Assembly: GCF_963853765.1 (NCBI RefSeq)
Contig: NC_088858.1
Span: 32,922,001 to 32,986,000, forward strand
DNA: 64,000 nucleotides
Reading direction: 5' to 3'
Source of the DNA: Magallana gigas
Lineage: Eukaryota
A program made the position numbers and the translations under genes. Of the stretch, positions 1 through 12,424 are shown piece after piece. The first letter of the stretch is position 1. The number at the start of each line of letters is the position of its first letter. Below the pieces are notes generated by a model that worked only from the letters and a program-made list of their open reading frames with translations, did not search any database and was not told the origin of the DNA.

Positions 1-691
1 ACTGATACCGTCCGACTTGTGGATATTCTCTTTGATTACAAATTGAATAAATCTAATGATTAAAATTATCTTCCTTGATATAGTTGTTTTGATTTTCCCG
101 GTTAGTAGTAATTCTTAAAAAAATTTCCTTGGGGTCTTATTTTACAAAAAATACCGGTATGTCAATTTTCTACAATTATGAATGCCGGGATTGAGTAAAA
201 GTTAGGCAAAGTACAAAGTATCAGACAACTGCAAAAAAGCCGAATTAACATAGATTGAAGTAACTAATTCAAACTCATAATTTTTGGAAGCATATTCGAG
301 GAAATCAAGTACAATTACAAATTCAAACTTTCAAGACCCCCGTCTTTCAGTACTCTCAGTACTTTGATTATTATCTAGCTCGACTGTTACTAAAGAACAA
401 AAGAGTTCAAGAAGACACAGGGTTTAAGTTTCATATTTATGAAATATAAACATACATGGGTTTGAAAATATTAAGATATGGTATAATATCTGTATTTTAA
501 AGGTACTAATGTATCACTCAGCAGTGTAGAAAGCCCGGGCAAATACATGATGTGCATAACTATTGGTTCAGCAATGGAAAATAATAATAATATTTCTTAC
601 ATTTTAAATTTTTCTTGATTTTAAATTTAGTAACATTTCTTAAAATTGTGATTTATTTTTCTATATAGTTTTTTTTTTTAAATTGGATTAC

Positions 692-3600
692 CTGGAAACC
701 AATTATAGAAGACAAATGGAGCTCCATTACTCCATTTAAACCCTTCGCCATCAGTCCAAGAGTTTGCACCGATCCAGAATGCTAAATAGTCGTCCTTTGA
801 GGAATGAAGGAAACCTGAAGTATACATAATCAAAATAATGTAAATTTTCACAATATGAACTTGCTTTGAAAATATAAAGAATATTTCCTTTCACATGTAA
901 ATTATCACATTTACATATAAGTGATATGTAAGAGCATGAATCATACCTGATATATATCCCTGTTCGTGGACGCTATCCAGACTGATCAAATGCGCTCCTT
1001 GTTTGATACACTCGTCTTCTGCTGCTGACCAAACGAGCAATTCCTTTTTCACCAGATAACATGAATCGCCAAGTGGATCATTCACCCACCCAAACCCACA
1101 CTCAGATGATGTTTTGTTTTCTGAATTTTTAATACATTGTACATTTCAGAAAAGGTTGTTAAATGATGAGGAAAAAACAGGTTTTTCTTAAATTTCATCT
1201 ATTTAATGTCATGCCATCTTACTAAAGTTCGTTTCTTATATGTCCATGTTGATGACTGTTAGTACATTTCCCCATACAATATATATCATTTTATTAAACT
1301 CCGTTCAAATGTGTGGTTTTAAAATAATTGTCTATCAATCTTAACATAGCTTGACAAGATTTTGTACTATTCGTTAATGTTATTTTCAAGAGACACATTG
1401 ATAAAATACATTACTTAATTATAATCGATGTTGATTTTCATATTTGATAGAAAATCTTTATATTGAATCGAAAGAAGATACTTGTTCGTCGTTACAATAA
1501 TATGGTCTAACATGATATTCGTTGTACCTTTAACTTCAGCCTTCAGCATGTTTTTCTCCCAATTTGAAGAACCAACGTCAAAGTTGCATATCGTGTTGGC
1601 CGAAGATGAACAAGGTATATCTGTAAACCATTTACCTTCTCTACCTTGAAATGGGATTAAATATAAACACCTTCAATGGAAGCTTTTGAAATGATTGAGA
1701 ACGTCAAAGACTGAGAACAAAGACAAACACAGACGAATTTTAGTCATTGTTTTTTTTTTCGAAGTACTAATTCAGATTTTTAAAAGTTACTCTAATGTTC
1801 ATGAAAATTTGGCTTCTTTAATAAAGATCTTACTAGTATCCATGTAAGAACAGTTGAACTGAAATTCATCTGTTTCATTAAACCAGTTGGTATACGTTGG
1901 CCGAGAACCTTCCCAAATCCATTCATCCTGGGCGTCCTCTTGAAAATGTTAATAATTTTAAAAGCCATTAAAGTCAATGAAATGCATAAAGCTATTTCAA
2001 TCTAATAAATGAAATAAACAATTGTATATTTTCAATGATAACAATATAACAATCGTAATATTGAATGATTGAAAAATCTGTATAAGAAAGAAAAAAGAAG
2101 GAAATTTTAGACTCCTAATATATTAATAATCTTAGAAAAATACTTCTTAAATTCAACCATAGACGGTCATCGTTTCCTATTCCTGGACTTTGTACTTGTA
2201 CGAGCTGGTGAATAAATACTTGCTTATCAACACTACAACATAGAAAAAAAAATGTTAGGGATAAGGGTTTGCTTCAATATAACTGGGGTTCTAGAAATGA
2301 AGATGTGCATTTATTTGAAGAAAAAAAATGCAATACAATAAATATGGTTACTTCATTCCTTATTTTTAACCATTCACGAAAAGTTGTTCTTTTCTTTTCT
2401 TTTCATAGCATTGCTTACTCCGTAATTTCAAGCAACGTGGAGTCCATCAGTTGACAGTATAATATGGAGTTATTCCACGATGTTTGAAGTGTGTCGATAT
2501 ACCGATAGCAAGTTCGCTGGTGGAATATCCAACCAAGGGGACAAGTGCCTGTAAATATTGATAATGATACTCAGTAATGGCGTGCCTTTTATCAAAGATT
2601 CAAGAGAGAATGTGCATATTCAGGAAAAAATTGTTTCGAAACTATATTGCATATTAATATTAAAATTCCCATGCATTTAGTATCAATTTTCATGCATTAT
2701 AAACTAAAATGATAATATATAATAAGAAATCTTACCTTCTGGTTTTGAACAAGCAAAATAGCTTCTTTGTTTGCAATCTTTGAAAATCCACTTGAGGATT
2801 CCATCCTTTTCACGTATAACAACACAACTTCTGTTGTTTGTACCAAAGGGATCCGAACTAAAGACATTGAACTATGACATTGTGTGAAAATAAGTAACCT
2901 TTGATAAAATTATTATTCGTAGCTTTAGATCTGTATTTATTAAGATGAGGTGCAGTCCTTCTTGAACTATGTCAATGCAATTTATTTAGTATTTGAAGTC
3001 AAAATAGGGACAAGATAGCTTAACTCCGATAAAAGACTCAAATGTCAAACCTGTCTGATAATGTCCAGCTTTGATTGATATGGTTCACATTTTCATAAGA
3101 CGGGTTTACCCAGTTCTGTAAGGAAAAACATGAAAGAAAAAAGTTTGATCATACCGGTATTATATATTTATATACATTAATTTATATATAAAGCATTTCA
3201 TTTCAATATTAATGATATCATCAAGAGATACATGTTGTTTTATCTTTAAAAAAAACCACCCCGCAAAACAAGCTTCTGGAACAATGAATAGATACCCCTA
3301 ACTAAATGACTGTAATTATGTCGACATATAACATGAATATGCACAAATCTTTCCGAGAACGTAGGACATGACATTTGCGATATGAAAATATTCGCGTGAA
3401 TGTAAAACTGCGAACAAACTAACGTCTCCATTCGCAATAAAAAACAAAAAGATGTCTCTTAGATTTTATTTTTTTAAAAAGGGTAGCAGCAAATGAATTT
3501 CAACGGTATTTAAATCAGCAATATGATACAAATTACTTAGGAAACCAAAAACAGTTCTATGACCAAAAAAAATCCTCAGACGACATAAGCTGACATTGCT

Positions 3601-5387
3601 AGCATTGTAGAACTCCCTTAAAAAAGTATTTTACCCCTCGATATAACGAAATCCCAATCCAAAGCTCAGCTTGTACAGATTTAGAAAGATTCACCAACGA
3701 TTCCTGAATATCGTCATCGTCAATAATTGGAAGCTCGGCGTCCAAAAACCTACACACGTTTCTGTAAAACGAAAACAACGGCGAATTGTAAAAGAAAAAT
3801 TATTAAGTTTATATTCATGTTTATGGCTATGTAGACCTATATTTTAGAATAAAAAGGTACAACTTACGTAAAGAGTATTTTACCTAGAATAGCATAAAAA
3901 ATGTTACATTTTAAAACATTCAAAGAAGGGGGTTATTGAATAGGTGTCATGTTAAGCAATTTAGAAATTTGACTGAAAACTTACGCAGCATCTTCCCAGG
4001 ATAAGGAGGTGTTATATATTTTATAACAATGGCTCCCATAGTGAGTCCAGTAGTTTGAGATATCACATAGGTCAGTTTGCACTGGAATGAAATAAGTTTA
4101 AAAAATCACATAACTTAAATATGATTTGATTTTTTGTTCGTATTATCTAACTTTTTCCCTATTGCTTCATCCGCTAAAAAAAATCGAATTCAAAACGGGG
4201 CTTACTTATTTCAGTCGTGGGTTTGCAACTCCATTATGATAACTAAATAGCATAATGATGGTTATGTTTGATTCTGTTGTAATAATTACTTTTATCGCAG
4301 TATTAAGAGCATTCGGTTGAACAGTTGTTAAACAACAATACACATCTATACAAAAGCAGTATTAGTACACTTTTTTATCTTTCAAAACTTATCATGCGAA
4401 ATATATGGAAACTGTTAACATCGTTTCCTTTGCATCTTAGTTAGCTAAACGTTTTCCAGTCTCGAGTTTCAAATTTCAAATTTGCTGTAATATTTTATAA
4501 CAATTATTATGTTTATCCAGGACTGCTGGTACTTCTGACGATTTTTAAGTTGAAAACGTTAAAAACCAAGGTAATCATACAGAAAAATTCTTAAACAGCG
4601 CACATCAAAGAACGATCACACAAGCATTTTATGCAGTAATGTTAAAATGTACAATTCCTTTGTACATAATTAGTTAATTAGTTGTGGATTTATTTCTTTC
4701 ACATCTACAAAGTGATTAATACAACATTGTGATGAATTTCTTTTTATGAAAGTGTACCATCACACACTAAGAAAATCTAGAAATGCACTTAGAAAATTCA
4801 AATAAAGATCCGTTTTGTTTATCTAAAATGACATCTTTCGTCGGTACTAGAGGTTTTTTTTTTCTTAATTGGTACTCATGACATCCGGAAACTGACAGAA
4901 GCCCTCGAAGTTCAGAGTAGTATTCAGTCACACGAAGAATATTATACTTTTTATGATTACTTTCCTTAACACCATCAACTTTTTCCTAATAGAAAACTGA
5001 CAGTAAAATATTTAAAATATTTAAAATGGCAAATCATCAGAATGAATTAAATAACCAAACTTACCCTAGCGGCATATCATAAAATATTAATGTTGAGAGG
5101 AAAAAACGTAAACACTTTACACTTATGCAGATCTAGAGGGAGTAGGAGAAGCCCCCCCCCCCCCTTAAATATTCAAATGTCCTAATATACATAGTACAGG
5201 CCCCGGACCCCCTGGCAAACATAAGTATTACTCAGACACCCCTTGGAAAATTTTCTGTTAAGCATGAAATACTTTTTATTTATTTTTTTCAGATAAATGA
5301 TAAGATATTCAGCAATTATCTTAAAATCTTACCTTTCGTCTCGGCAATGCAGATTAAACATACCAAAATGAAAATAAGAAAATTCAT
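692..5387 (-). CDS. Secreted/membrane multi-C-type lectin domain protein (macrophage mannose receptor-like); 5' part only, at least 3 CTLDs, presumably continuing beyond the left edge
   Basis: 11 phase-consistent exons with GT-AG boundaries: 5333-5387 (signal peptide MNFLIFILVCLICIAETK), 3985-4081, 3635-3761, 3051-3115, 2736-2857, 2419-2548, 2144-2232, 1834-1938, 1528-1644, 947-1120, 692-814 (1204 nt, ~401 aa). CTLD motifs: CDISNYWTHYGSHCY..SWEDA..C..LWIGI; CPLGW..TCY..SWNNS..YC..LWLNL..WIW; CGFGW..DSCY..WSAAEDEC..GAHLISL..FWIGANSWTDGEGFKWSNGAPFVFYNWFPG. Confidence 0.9.
5120..5260. repeat. Fragment of a poly-C-containing interspersed repeat (same family as 34268-34440)
   Basis: atgcagatctagagggg...C-run...ggacccccctggcaaac...ggaaaattttctg matches the copy at 34268-34440. 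Confidence 0.5.
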
Positions 5388-5769
5388 TATGACAATTGAA
5401 TCACTGAATATCACCCGAATCGGTATTCAAATCATCATCATCATCTTAAGCAATTTTCAAGATATTTAAATGAGATCAAAGCTTGATTTAGACTGAGCAC
5501 ATTATACAGCAGCTTAAATGTTTTAACTATGATCAAGTCTCGTTAAGTAAAATGGGTCAATGATATCTAAGTGCCTTTCACACACCCACACATACACACA
5601 AACGTTAATAATATTACATACGGTTTGTCAATGGTACTTACCATGAATATGATATATAAAGTAAAAAACTATTAAAACATAATTTATTTACATCAAACAA
5701 ATTAAAATCTTATAATCTTTGCAATTATAATCTTGTTTTCTTCTTCTTCTTTTGCTAAAGATACATCAA

Positions 5770-7700
5770 GTTTAGATCAGCGTGTGACACAACGCTTTGG
5801 ACAGAATGGTGAGACGGGACATGAAGAAGTCCAGGCCCTGGGGCCATAAAACTTAGTCGAGCTTACTTTTGATCTAAGTCTCACTATTACGAAAGGAACT
5901 TATAGTGAAAAAGTCAGACTTAGATCAAAAGTGAGCTCGTCTAAGTTTTATGGCCCCGGGGCCAGGACTTAATGAGTTTCGACCACAGCATCCAAGTGCC
6001 AGTCAATGTTAGAGGCAGTCCAAGAGAGTTGGTAACATCAGAAGATAAGCAAACATACGAGCACATGATGCAGCCGCCAGATTCAAAGAGGAATGCTAAG
6101 ATTAAATGACCAGCTAGTAGCAGTAGCAATAAGACAGAATTGAGAAAGTTTGATAATGATGTTATACTATCCTTAACCGCCATTTGCAAGAGGAATAGAC
6201 AAGAAGATTGAAGGCATAGCAACCGTAAGGCACAAGGTAGGTCCTCACAGATTTGGCAGGAGTATGAATTCCAACCAAGAGGAGTAGCAAAAAAAGAATG
6301 AACGACTGTGAGAGATTACCGGCTTTGGCTGAATATTGATAAATATAAGAGAAAGACTGTATATTATGAGAAGACCAGATATTGCAAGAGAAAAAAAGGA
6401 ACGATGGGGCGTGAGACAACCCCAGGTAGTTCATACATGGATGATTGAAAAACATTGTCAGTTTGTCTTGTTTGACGATCAAACCAACAGTCTTCTAGCC
6501 TTACTTTGAAGAATGAGAGAAGACTAAAATAGGAAAAGTGATTATCAGTCTCAGACAAAATGGTCAAGTGTTTGGGCAAGTTATCTGGTGACACATTGGA
6601 AGACACGAAAAAAGCGAATGATCCTAGCAAGCGATCGGAGTCCCAGGGCATTTTATTGGGTAATGCAATTAAGACATGGATACACACAAGTACGTTGTTT
6701 TTCCACGAGTTCAATGGTCTTCTCTTGTGTCCGACGGGCCTTTCACACCAGTTAAATCAATGGAACGACGAATCAGTGGTCTCCTAACGAAATGATTCGC
6801 GGTTCACAAAGGCTTTAGTAGCGTTGGTTTGTAAAGCAAGGGAGCAAAGCTTCATTTACTGCCGACGGCAATCTTGGATAAATTTAAGATCCCAAATTTG
6901 GACAGTTTTTATGCTGCATTAGTAGAGCAAGAGTTACGAGTGTCCAAGTTACGAGAGCAAGTGTGAGTATATCAGGACGGGCCGAATGTGGTCAGGAAAG
7001 AAGACAGTGCAAGAGGCAGGAGGTCATGCAGCCTGCAATATAAAGATGTGGGAAAGCAGGTTAATGGTTGAGTAATTATATCATTATTAAGATGGTGTGC
7101 AAAAACTGGGGGAAAGAAGAGGAATCTGATACAGTAGGAGGTATGAAAAATTGAAGAACATACTAAAATGGTAAAGGCTGTCGGCATGAAGAAGTAGGGA
7201 ACCTGGCTCAGCTGGAAAAAAGTTCGACAGAAGAAGATATATTGGAATGACATATGGACCACAGAGCCGCAGAGAAACTGCAAATATCCGTTTTTTTACG
7301 AAATAACATGGCAACCTTGGACACGAAAGACTACCCAAACTGTTAACTTTGTGGTGGACCAGCCAACCTCGAACACGCTCTGATTTCATTTTTGTTATAG
7401 CTAGTAAAGCTGAAAGCTACACATGAAGATATGACAGGGTTCTATCAGTTTTTGCAGACCTGCTGAAAATAAACCCAAGAAAGAAGAACAAAGGAGGCCT
7501 AAAAGTCAACTTCTTAAGGACTTGTAAGCAAAATCGTGTTTTATAGAGGTAAGTGGACCGTTCGTTCCGCCAGCAACTGGCAGTTGCAAGCAGGTCTTAA
7601 TGGTGATAAGCAGTTCCCAAAGGAAATATATAGATGTATATATAGCAGATACCAATCAGACCCTGATGTTATTACCCGCGGATCAAAGCGAAAGTCTAAA
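5770..7700 (+). mobile_element. Decayed, internally deleted Hero-clade (R2 superfamily, RLE endonuclease) non-LTR retrotransposon
   Basis: Broken + strand translations give motifs in the expected order: VKCLGK..DTLED (6563), TGRMWSGKKTVQEA (~6975), KMVKAVGMKK*GTWLSWKKV..IYWNDIWTTEPQR (~7165-7275), C*LCGGPANLEH (CCHC knuckle, ~7340), NWQLQAGLNGDKQFPKEI..RPDVI (RLE PD motif, ~7575-7675). Many stops and frameshifts; no RT core seen. Family assigned from recalled motifs; ends approximate. Confidence 0.75.
5835..5962. mobile_element. 128-bp PIF/Harbinger-like MITE inserted in the Hero relic
   Basis: ~46-bp imperfect TIRs (gccctggggccataaaacttagtcgagcttacttttgatctaagtct / agacttagatcaaaagtgagctcgtctaagttttatggccccggggc); CAG duplicated at 5832-5834 and 5963-5965. 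Confidence 0.75.
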
Positions 7701-8100
7701 ATGCACATGTAGATATTAATAATATAGGTACAGTACTCGTGTATAAAGGGCAATAATTTACCAGATTATCACTGGTTCTCAATAGTATATGCATATCAGT
7801 TATTTGACTTTGATGATTTTAAACACAACAGAACACGATTATCTATAACTACAACAATTTTATTTTAAATGATCTGGATACATGCAATTGTAAAACAGTT
7901 TATTGGCTTTTACTATCAAAGCTCTATAGAGAAAAGTACACGAAAACTCTTTATACAATAAATATTTCCGTGCATACTAGAAAATTGACACATAATTAAA
8001 CACTGCTTAAAAGTTGTTTTATCGAAAAACTGCCAAAGGCTATTTATCAAATGTCAAATTGAAAGACTGCGGGTCATCAACTTCTTCAGCATCGGTCCTA

Positions 8101-11100
8101 TCACAGACTGTTGATTTCCTGTTCAAACTCTGAAGTGAAGAACACGAGGGGATCCACGACAAAATAGTCGCCGGAAGTCAGGAAGATGTCGGACTCAAAA
8201 GTGTCTTTGAAGAGCTGGTCAATGACACTTTCGGGGAACAAGTCAGCAGACTGCCCTCGTAGGATTTTGACTGCATCCTCCATGAATTCGTCAAGCTCTG
8301 CGTTATTCTTTGACCAAACCTGTATTCAAATTAAAAAAAGAAATTATGCAGAATTTATATGTCCATGTGTATGCGAACGGAGTGGTTGAAGATCTGTAAA
8401 AATTCTTTTTGAATAATATAATTCGATGGCATTAAAGCAACCTGGAAAATACCTTTTCGTTAGAATCTGACTCAGTTTGATAAGTTTGGTCTGCAGCATC
8501 TAAATGGACCTTCTGCCGTTTCATGGGACTCTCATTTATTGAATTTTCAACAACTGCACTTTTAGATCGTTTTCGCTGGTGAAAAAACAAGAAGAAATAA
8601 TTATTAACTTACGCTAATACTGTTATTAACTTTCTTTGCTGTTGTTTCATAACATTTGGGCAATAGCTACCTTCCTACTTGGCTCTACTTTTGAAAAAGT
8701 AATCCGTTCATGCTCGTGGTCAGTTGTAACTTCAAGTCTTGACTTTTCATCAACGTTTTCTTGGGCAACATACTGTGCAGCTTCGCTGAACTGCAAAATA
8801 CAGTAAATGATAATAGGAAAATGTAAGCTAATATAAGGGAGTTAAAACGTTTTTCTAGTATTTGAGTTGAGTTTTGTCATGATTGATATTGATTACAAAC
8901 TACATACCACCTCTGCTGCTATAGCCCTGCTTCTTTCGGCTGTTGAGAATTGGGAGGTTGACTCAGCATTTATGTTTGCAAGATGTGTCTCCACATCGTC
9001 TGCAGAATTCCCTTTTGGGGTTTGCTCATGTTGTACCTCGGCTTGTATTGTCTCAGTTTGTGGAACAAGACCCCATGGCTATTAAAAGAGAAAAATCACA
9101 ATGTGATAATAATTATATTGCATCAAAGAACAATTTGAACACACTATATCTTTATATGTATCATTGATGATTCAATAAGACATAAGACTTGCACTCACGA
9201 TAGTGGTTGAACCAGGCTGGTTATGAGCAGACAATTCAGTGGTTGTCACACGTCCTGCAGGAGTTTCCCATGCCGGTGGTCTTTGAAAATCCACTTCATT
9301 ACTGAGGTCACAAGTGACTGGATCCTGTTCTTGTTTTCCCAGAGGAATATTGATTCCCTGAGGGGCAAAGCTGATCTCCTCAAGAGTACCCTGTGGAATA
9401 CTGATTTCCTGGGAGATATAAATGATATCATTCTCTGCTTTTTGGCGCTCCTGAATCCCGTAGGCGGTAAGGAATATATCTTCATGTGTTTCCTGAGGGA
9501 CTTTGAATCCTTGAGACATGCAGATGACATCGTCTTGTGTCTGTTGGGAGACTCTGCTTCTCTGAGCGATAGAGGTAGTCTCTTCTTGCATTCCCTGGGT
9601 GATACTGAATCCCTGAGGCATACAGATAAGATCGTCTTGTGCCTGTGGAAGGATTCTGGGTCCCTGTGGGATATTGGCCATTCCCTGGGTGACGCTGAAT
9701 CCCTGATGCATATAGATGGCATGGTCTTGTGTCTCTTGAGGGATTCTGGATCCCTGGGGGATAAAGGTCGTTCCCTGGGTGACACTGAAGTCTTGAGGGT
9801 TAGTTGAAGTTTTATTTGGATTTTCCTCCATAATAAAGATGATATCTTCATCTTCCAGTTCACTAAATCTCTTAGGGATATTGATGACTTTTTCTATGGA
9901 TGCATGGGGGATGTAATTTCCCCTGGGGAAATTGGTAACCTTTCCCTCTGTAAACTCATGATTGTTAATGGTTGCTCTGTGCGCAACATCATTGGTCTGA
10001 GGATTGAATTGTGTCTGTGCCTGATTTTTTAGTTCCACTGCATACGGCATAAATGCAGGATGCAAGTCCTCAGCCTTTCTTTGAAATCTCTGCAATTGAA
10101 ATAAATAGTCTTTGTAATAATTGATGACTATAATGTAAATTATTTCTTTTTTAACTATAATAATATTAACTCTGGCAAACTGGGATATATTATATGCACC
10201 AAATAAACTACTAAATACCTGTGGAGTTGGTCTCCTCTCGGGTTGATCGTTTGACCATTTTATGCCGCCAGAGCTGATCAATGTGCGATGATGGGGAAGG
10301 ACTGTGGAGGCTATGAAGTTTTGTATTTGTCTGTCATTCAACAGCTGATTTGCCTAAATGAAATTAATTCCATAATCAATCCTAATCGTTAAAAATATAA
10401 TTAAACACATGTGTAACTTGTTAGAAATTCATTTTTTTTTATTATCATATTTTTATGCTGGGAGATTTTTAAAAAAAAATTTAATTCTCAGAGAGGCTGA
10501 ACTTGATTGTCAAAATTTTAAATTGTTTTTTAATTCTCAGAGAGGCTGAACAATGAAAATATGAAGTTATCCATGATAAAACAAACAATTTTCACTCCAA
10601 TGTTTTTTTTCTAATGAATTTTTATTTATCTAAAAATATATTTGTGGAAATATAAAATTACCCCAGATTGTGCCAATCTGTCTTCTCTATGAGTTGGTCC
10701 TGTGTTTTGTAACACTCTTTGATCAAGGCCTGTGTGAAATCTCTTTCTAGGGGGCTCAACCTTAAATAATTAAAGAAATTGATATTGTCAGCATCATCAA
10801 TGTTTTCATACTTGATTAAATTACAACTAAAATATCACAAAAGAGAGAGAGAGAGAGAAAAGAAAGAAAGAGGGGCATATAGTGATAGCTAGGAAAGTTC
10901 AAAGATTTAGAAATATGCAGAAAAAAGAACAGAATTAGTAATAATTCACAAAAGAGGGAGAGGGAGTCTTTACTTACATTTTAAACCTATATTTATCATT
11001 TTTGTTTTAAAGGAAAAGTTATAAACTGAGACCTCCACATAGGTCCCTTGTATGAAGGGCGTAGTCAGGAAGCCCATCCCTGGCCTCTCGTAAGCACCAA

Positions 11101-11950
11101 AGATACGTTCGGTGTACAAACACTGCTCATCCATACATTTCTGAAATGAAAAATATATATTAAATTTTATACACGGGATATAAGTAAGACAGTTTGTATG
11201 TGATTTACGATTTTGTTAATCACGTGATGCAAGACAGAATTTTCTTTTCTCAAAAAACTGCTACAGTTAATAAAATAATCAAATACTGATTATTTCCTTG
11301 TATTTTTGTTGAAACTCAACGTTGTTAGGCAGCCATTAAATTTTAACGTTTTTATATGCTATAACGTTGATTTGGAGAAAGTTGATAATTAACAGTGCAA
11401 AAAACTGGCAACAGTATTCTTTAAACAGATTTCTAGATTTTTATGCATAAGATTTATAATTAAGCACTAACCTCACAAAACATGAATAATTTTCTAACCT
11501 TGGAGCCGAAATTTCATTATAAGGTCTAATCGTTATACCTATGTTTTTTTGCGTTTTCACTTCGATATATATATAACATTATGCAATATGTTTTTTATGC
11601 ATATAAATGTTCCCCAACCCTTTAAAAAACAATTACATTTGCGATTTCATCTATAAAAAGTCGTTTTCAGTAATATTTGGTAGGTTTTATACATGAAGGG
11701 GGCCTAGTTAGAATTTGAAAATCGCTGACATTGGATAACGTTAGGCTCTGACCTAGGCTAGGTATCCGTGCGGTTTATTTTATAACAAAATTGTATCAAA
11801 GTCGGACAATTCTGTCTTAAATGAATAAAAAAAAGGAAACATTACCCTCTTAGGAGTATGACTGTACATTTCTGTGACTGTCTTGGGTAATAAGATACCG
11901 ATTTTTTCAGAAAGTGTTCGCTCAGCGAAAAACACGTCTTGTCTCAACAT
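8101..11950 (-). CDS. Uncharacterised ~656-aa protein with internal 30-aa Q/G-rich repeats and a putative small folded C-terminal domain
   Basis: 9 exons, all introns phase 0 and GT-AG: 11846-11950, 11033-11140, 10662-10760, 10219-10353, 9199-10089, 8908-9078, 8671-8790, 8453-8575, 8101-8319 (TGA). An alternative start is ATG 11134. AATAAA on - strand near 7860. Basic NLS-like motifs PPRKRF, RKRKRSK and PMKRQK. Confidence 0.75.
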
Positions 11951-12424
11951 CGGATGCTGACACACTAGAGATGTATCCAAAACACAACGAACGCCTTGGC
12001 AATCATGACGTCAGCATTTGGAAAGGGCCAATCAAAGCTGAGGACTAAAAATACACTAAAAGTAGAGTTGGAGTTTCCCTGAAATTCGTCTGCTACACCA
12101 TATCAGTGAGAAATACATGTAACTGTAATACGAATTATTTAAAAACAAACTAAATCGCTTAATCATGAAAGAATCTGTAGAATCACGCCCTCGGTCCCTC
12201 ATGGGGTGGGAGGGGGTGGGGGTAGGCCTAACCCGACTTTATCCCTTACCCCAATTACTAACTCTCAAATATTACAATTCAAAATTAAAAAAAGAAAACT
12301 AAAAAAGAAATAGAAGAGAACAAAAAACCGACGACAAAACAAAAATCAGTTTATTTCTTCATTTGTAACCCGCTCGGGCTCGAGATTTAGATCGTGTCGG
12401 GAGACGAAAAACAACAACAAAAAG
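11951..12424. promoter_or_regulatory. Putative bidirectional promoter between the orphan gene and UBR7
   Basis: Start codons are 475 bp apart, head-to-head. CRE palindrome TGACGTCA at 12006-12013; CCAAT at ~12028; G-quadruplex-type tract ggggtgggagggggtggggg at 12203-12222. Confidence 0.55.

Noticed and set aside
1-70. Possible further lectin exon (FIQFVIKENIHKSDGIS on the - strand)
   Set aside because: It cannot be joined to exon 692-814 without missing CTLD segments, and no intermediate exons were found in 70-690.
6162-7389. Several 75-116 aa ORFs on both strands
   Set aside because: They are antisense shadows or fragments of the decayed Hero element, not independent genes.
9223-9863. 194-aa (+) and 205-aa (-) ORFs
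   Set aside because: Alternative-frame and antisense shadows of the repeat-rich exon 9199-10089.
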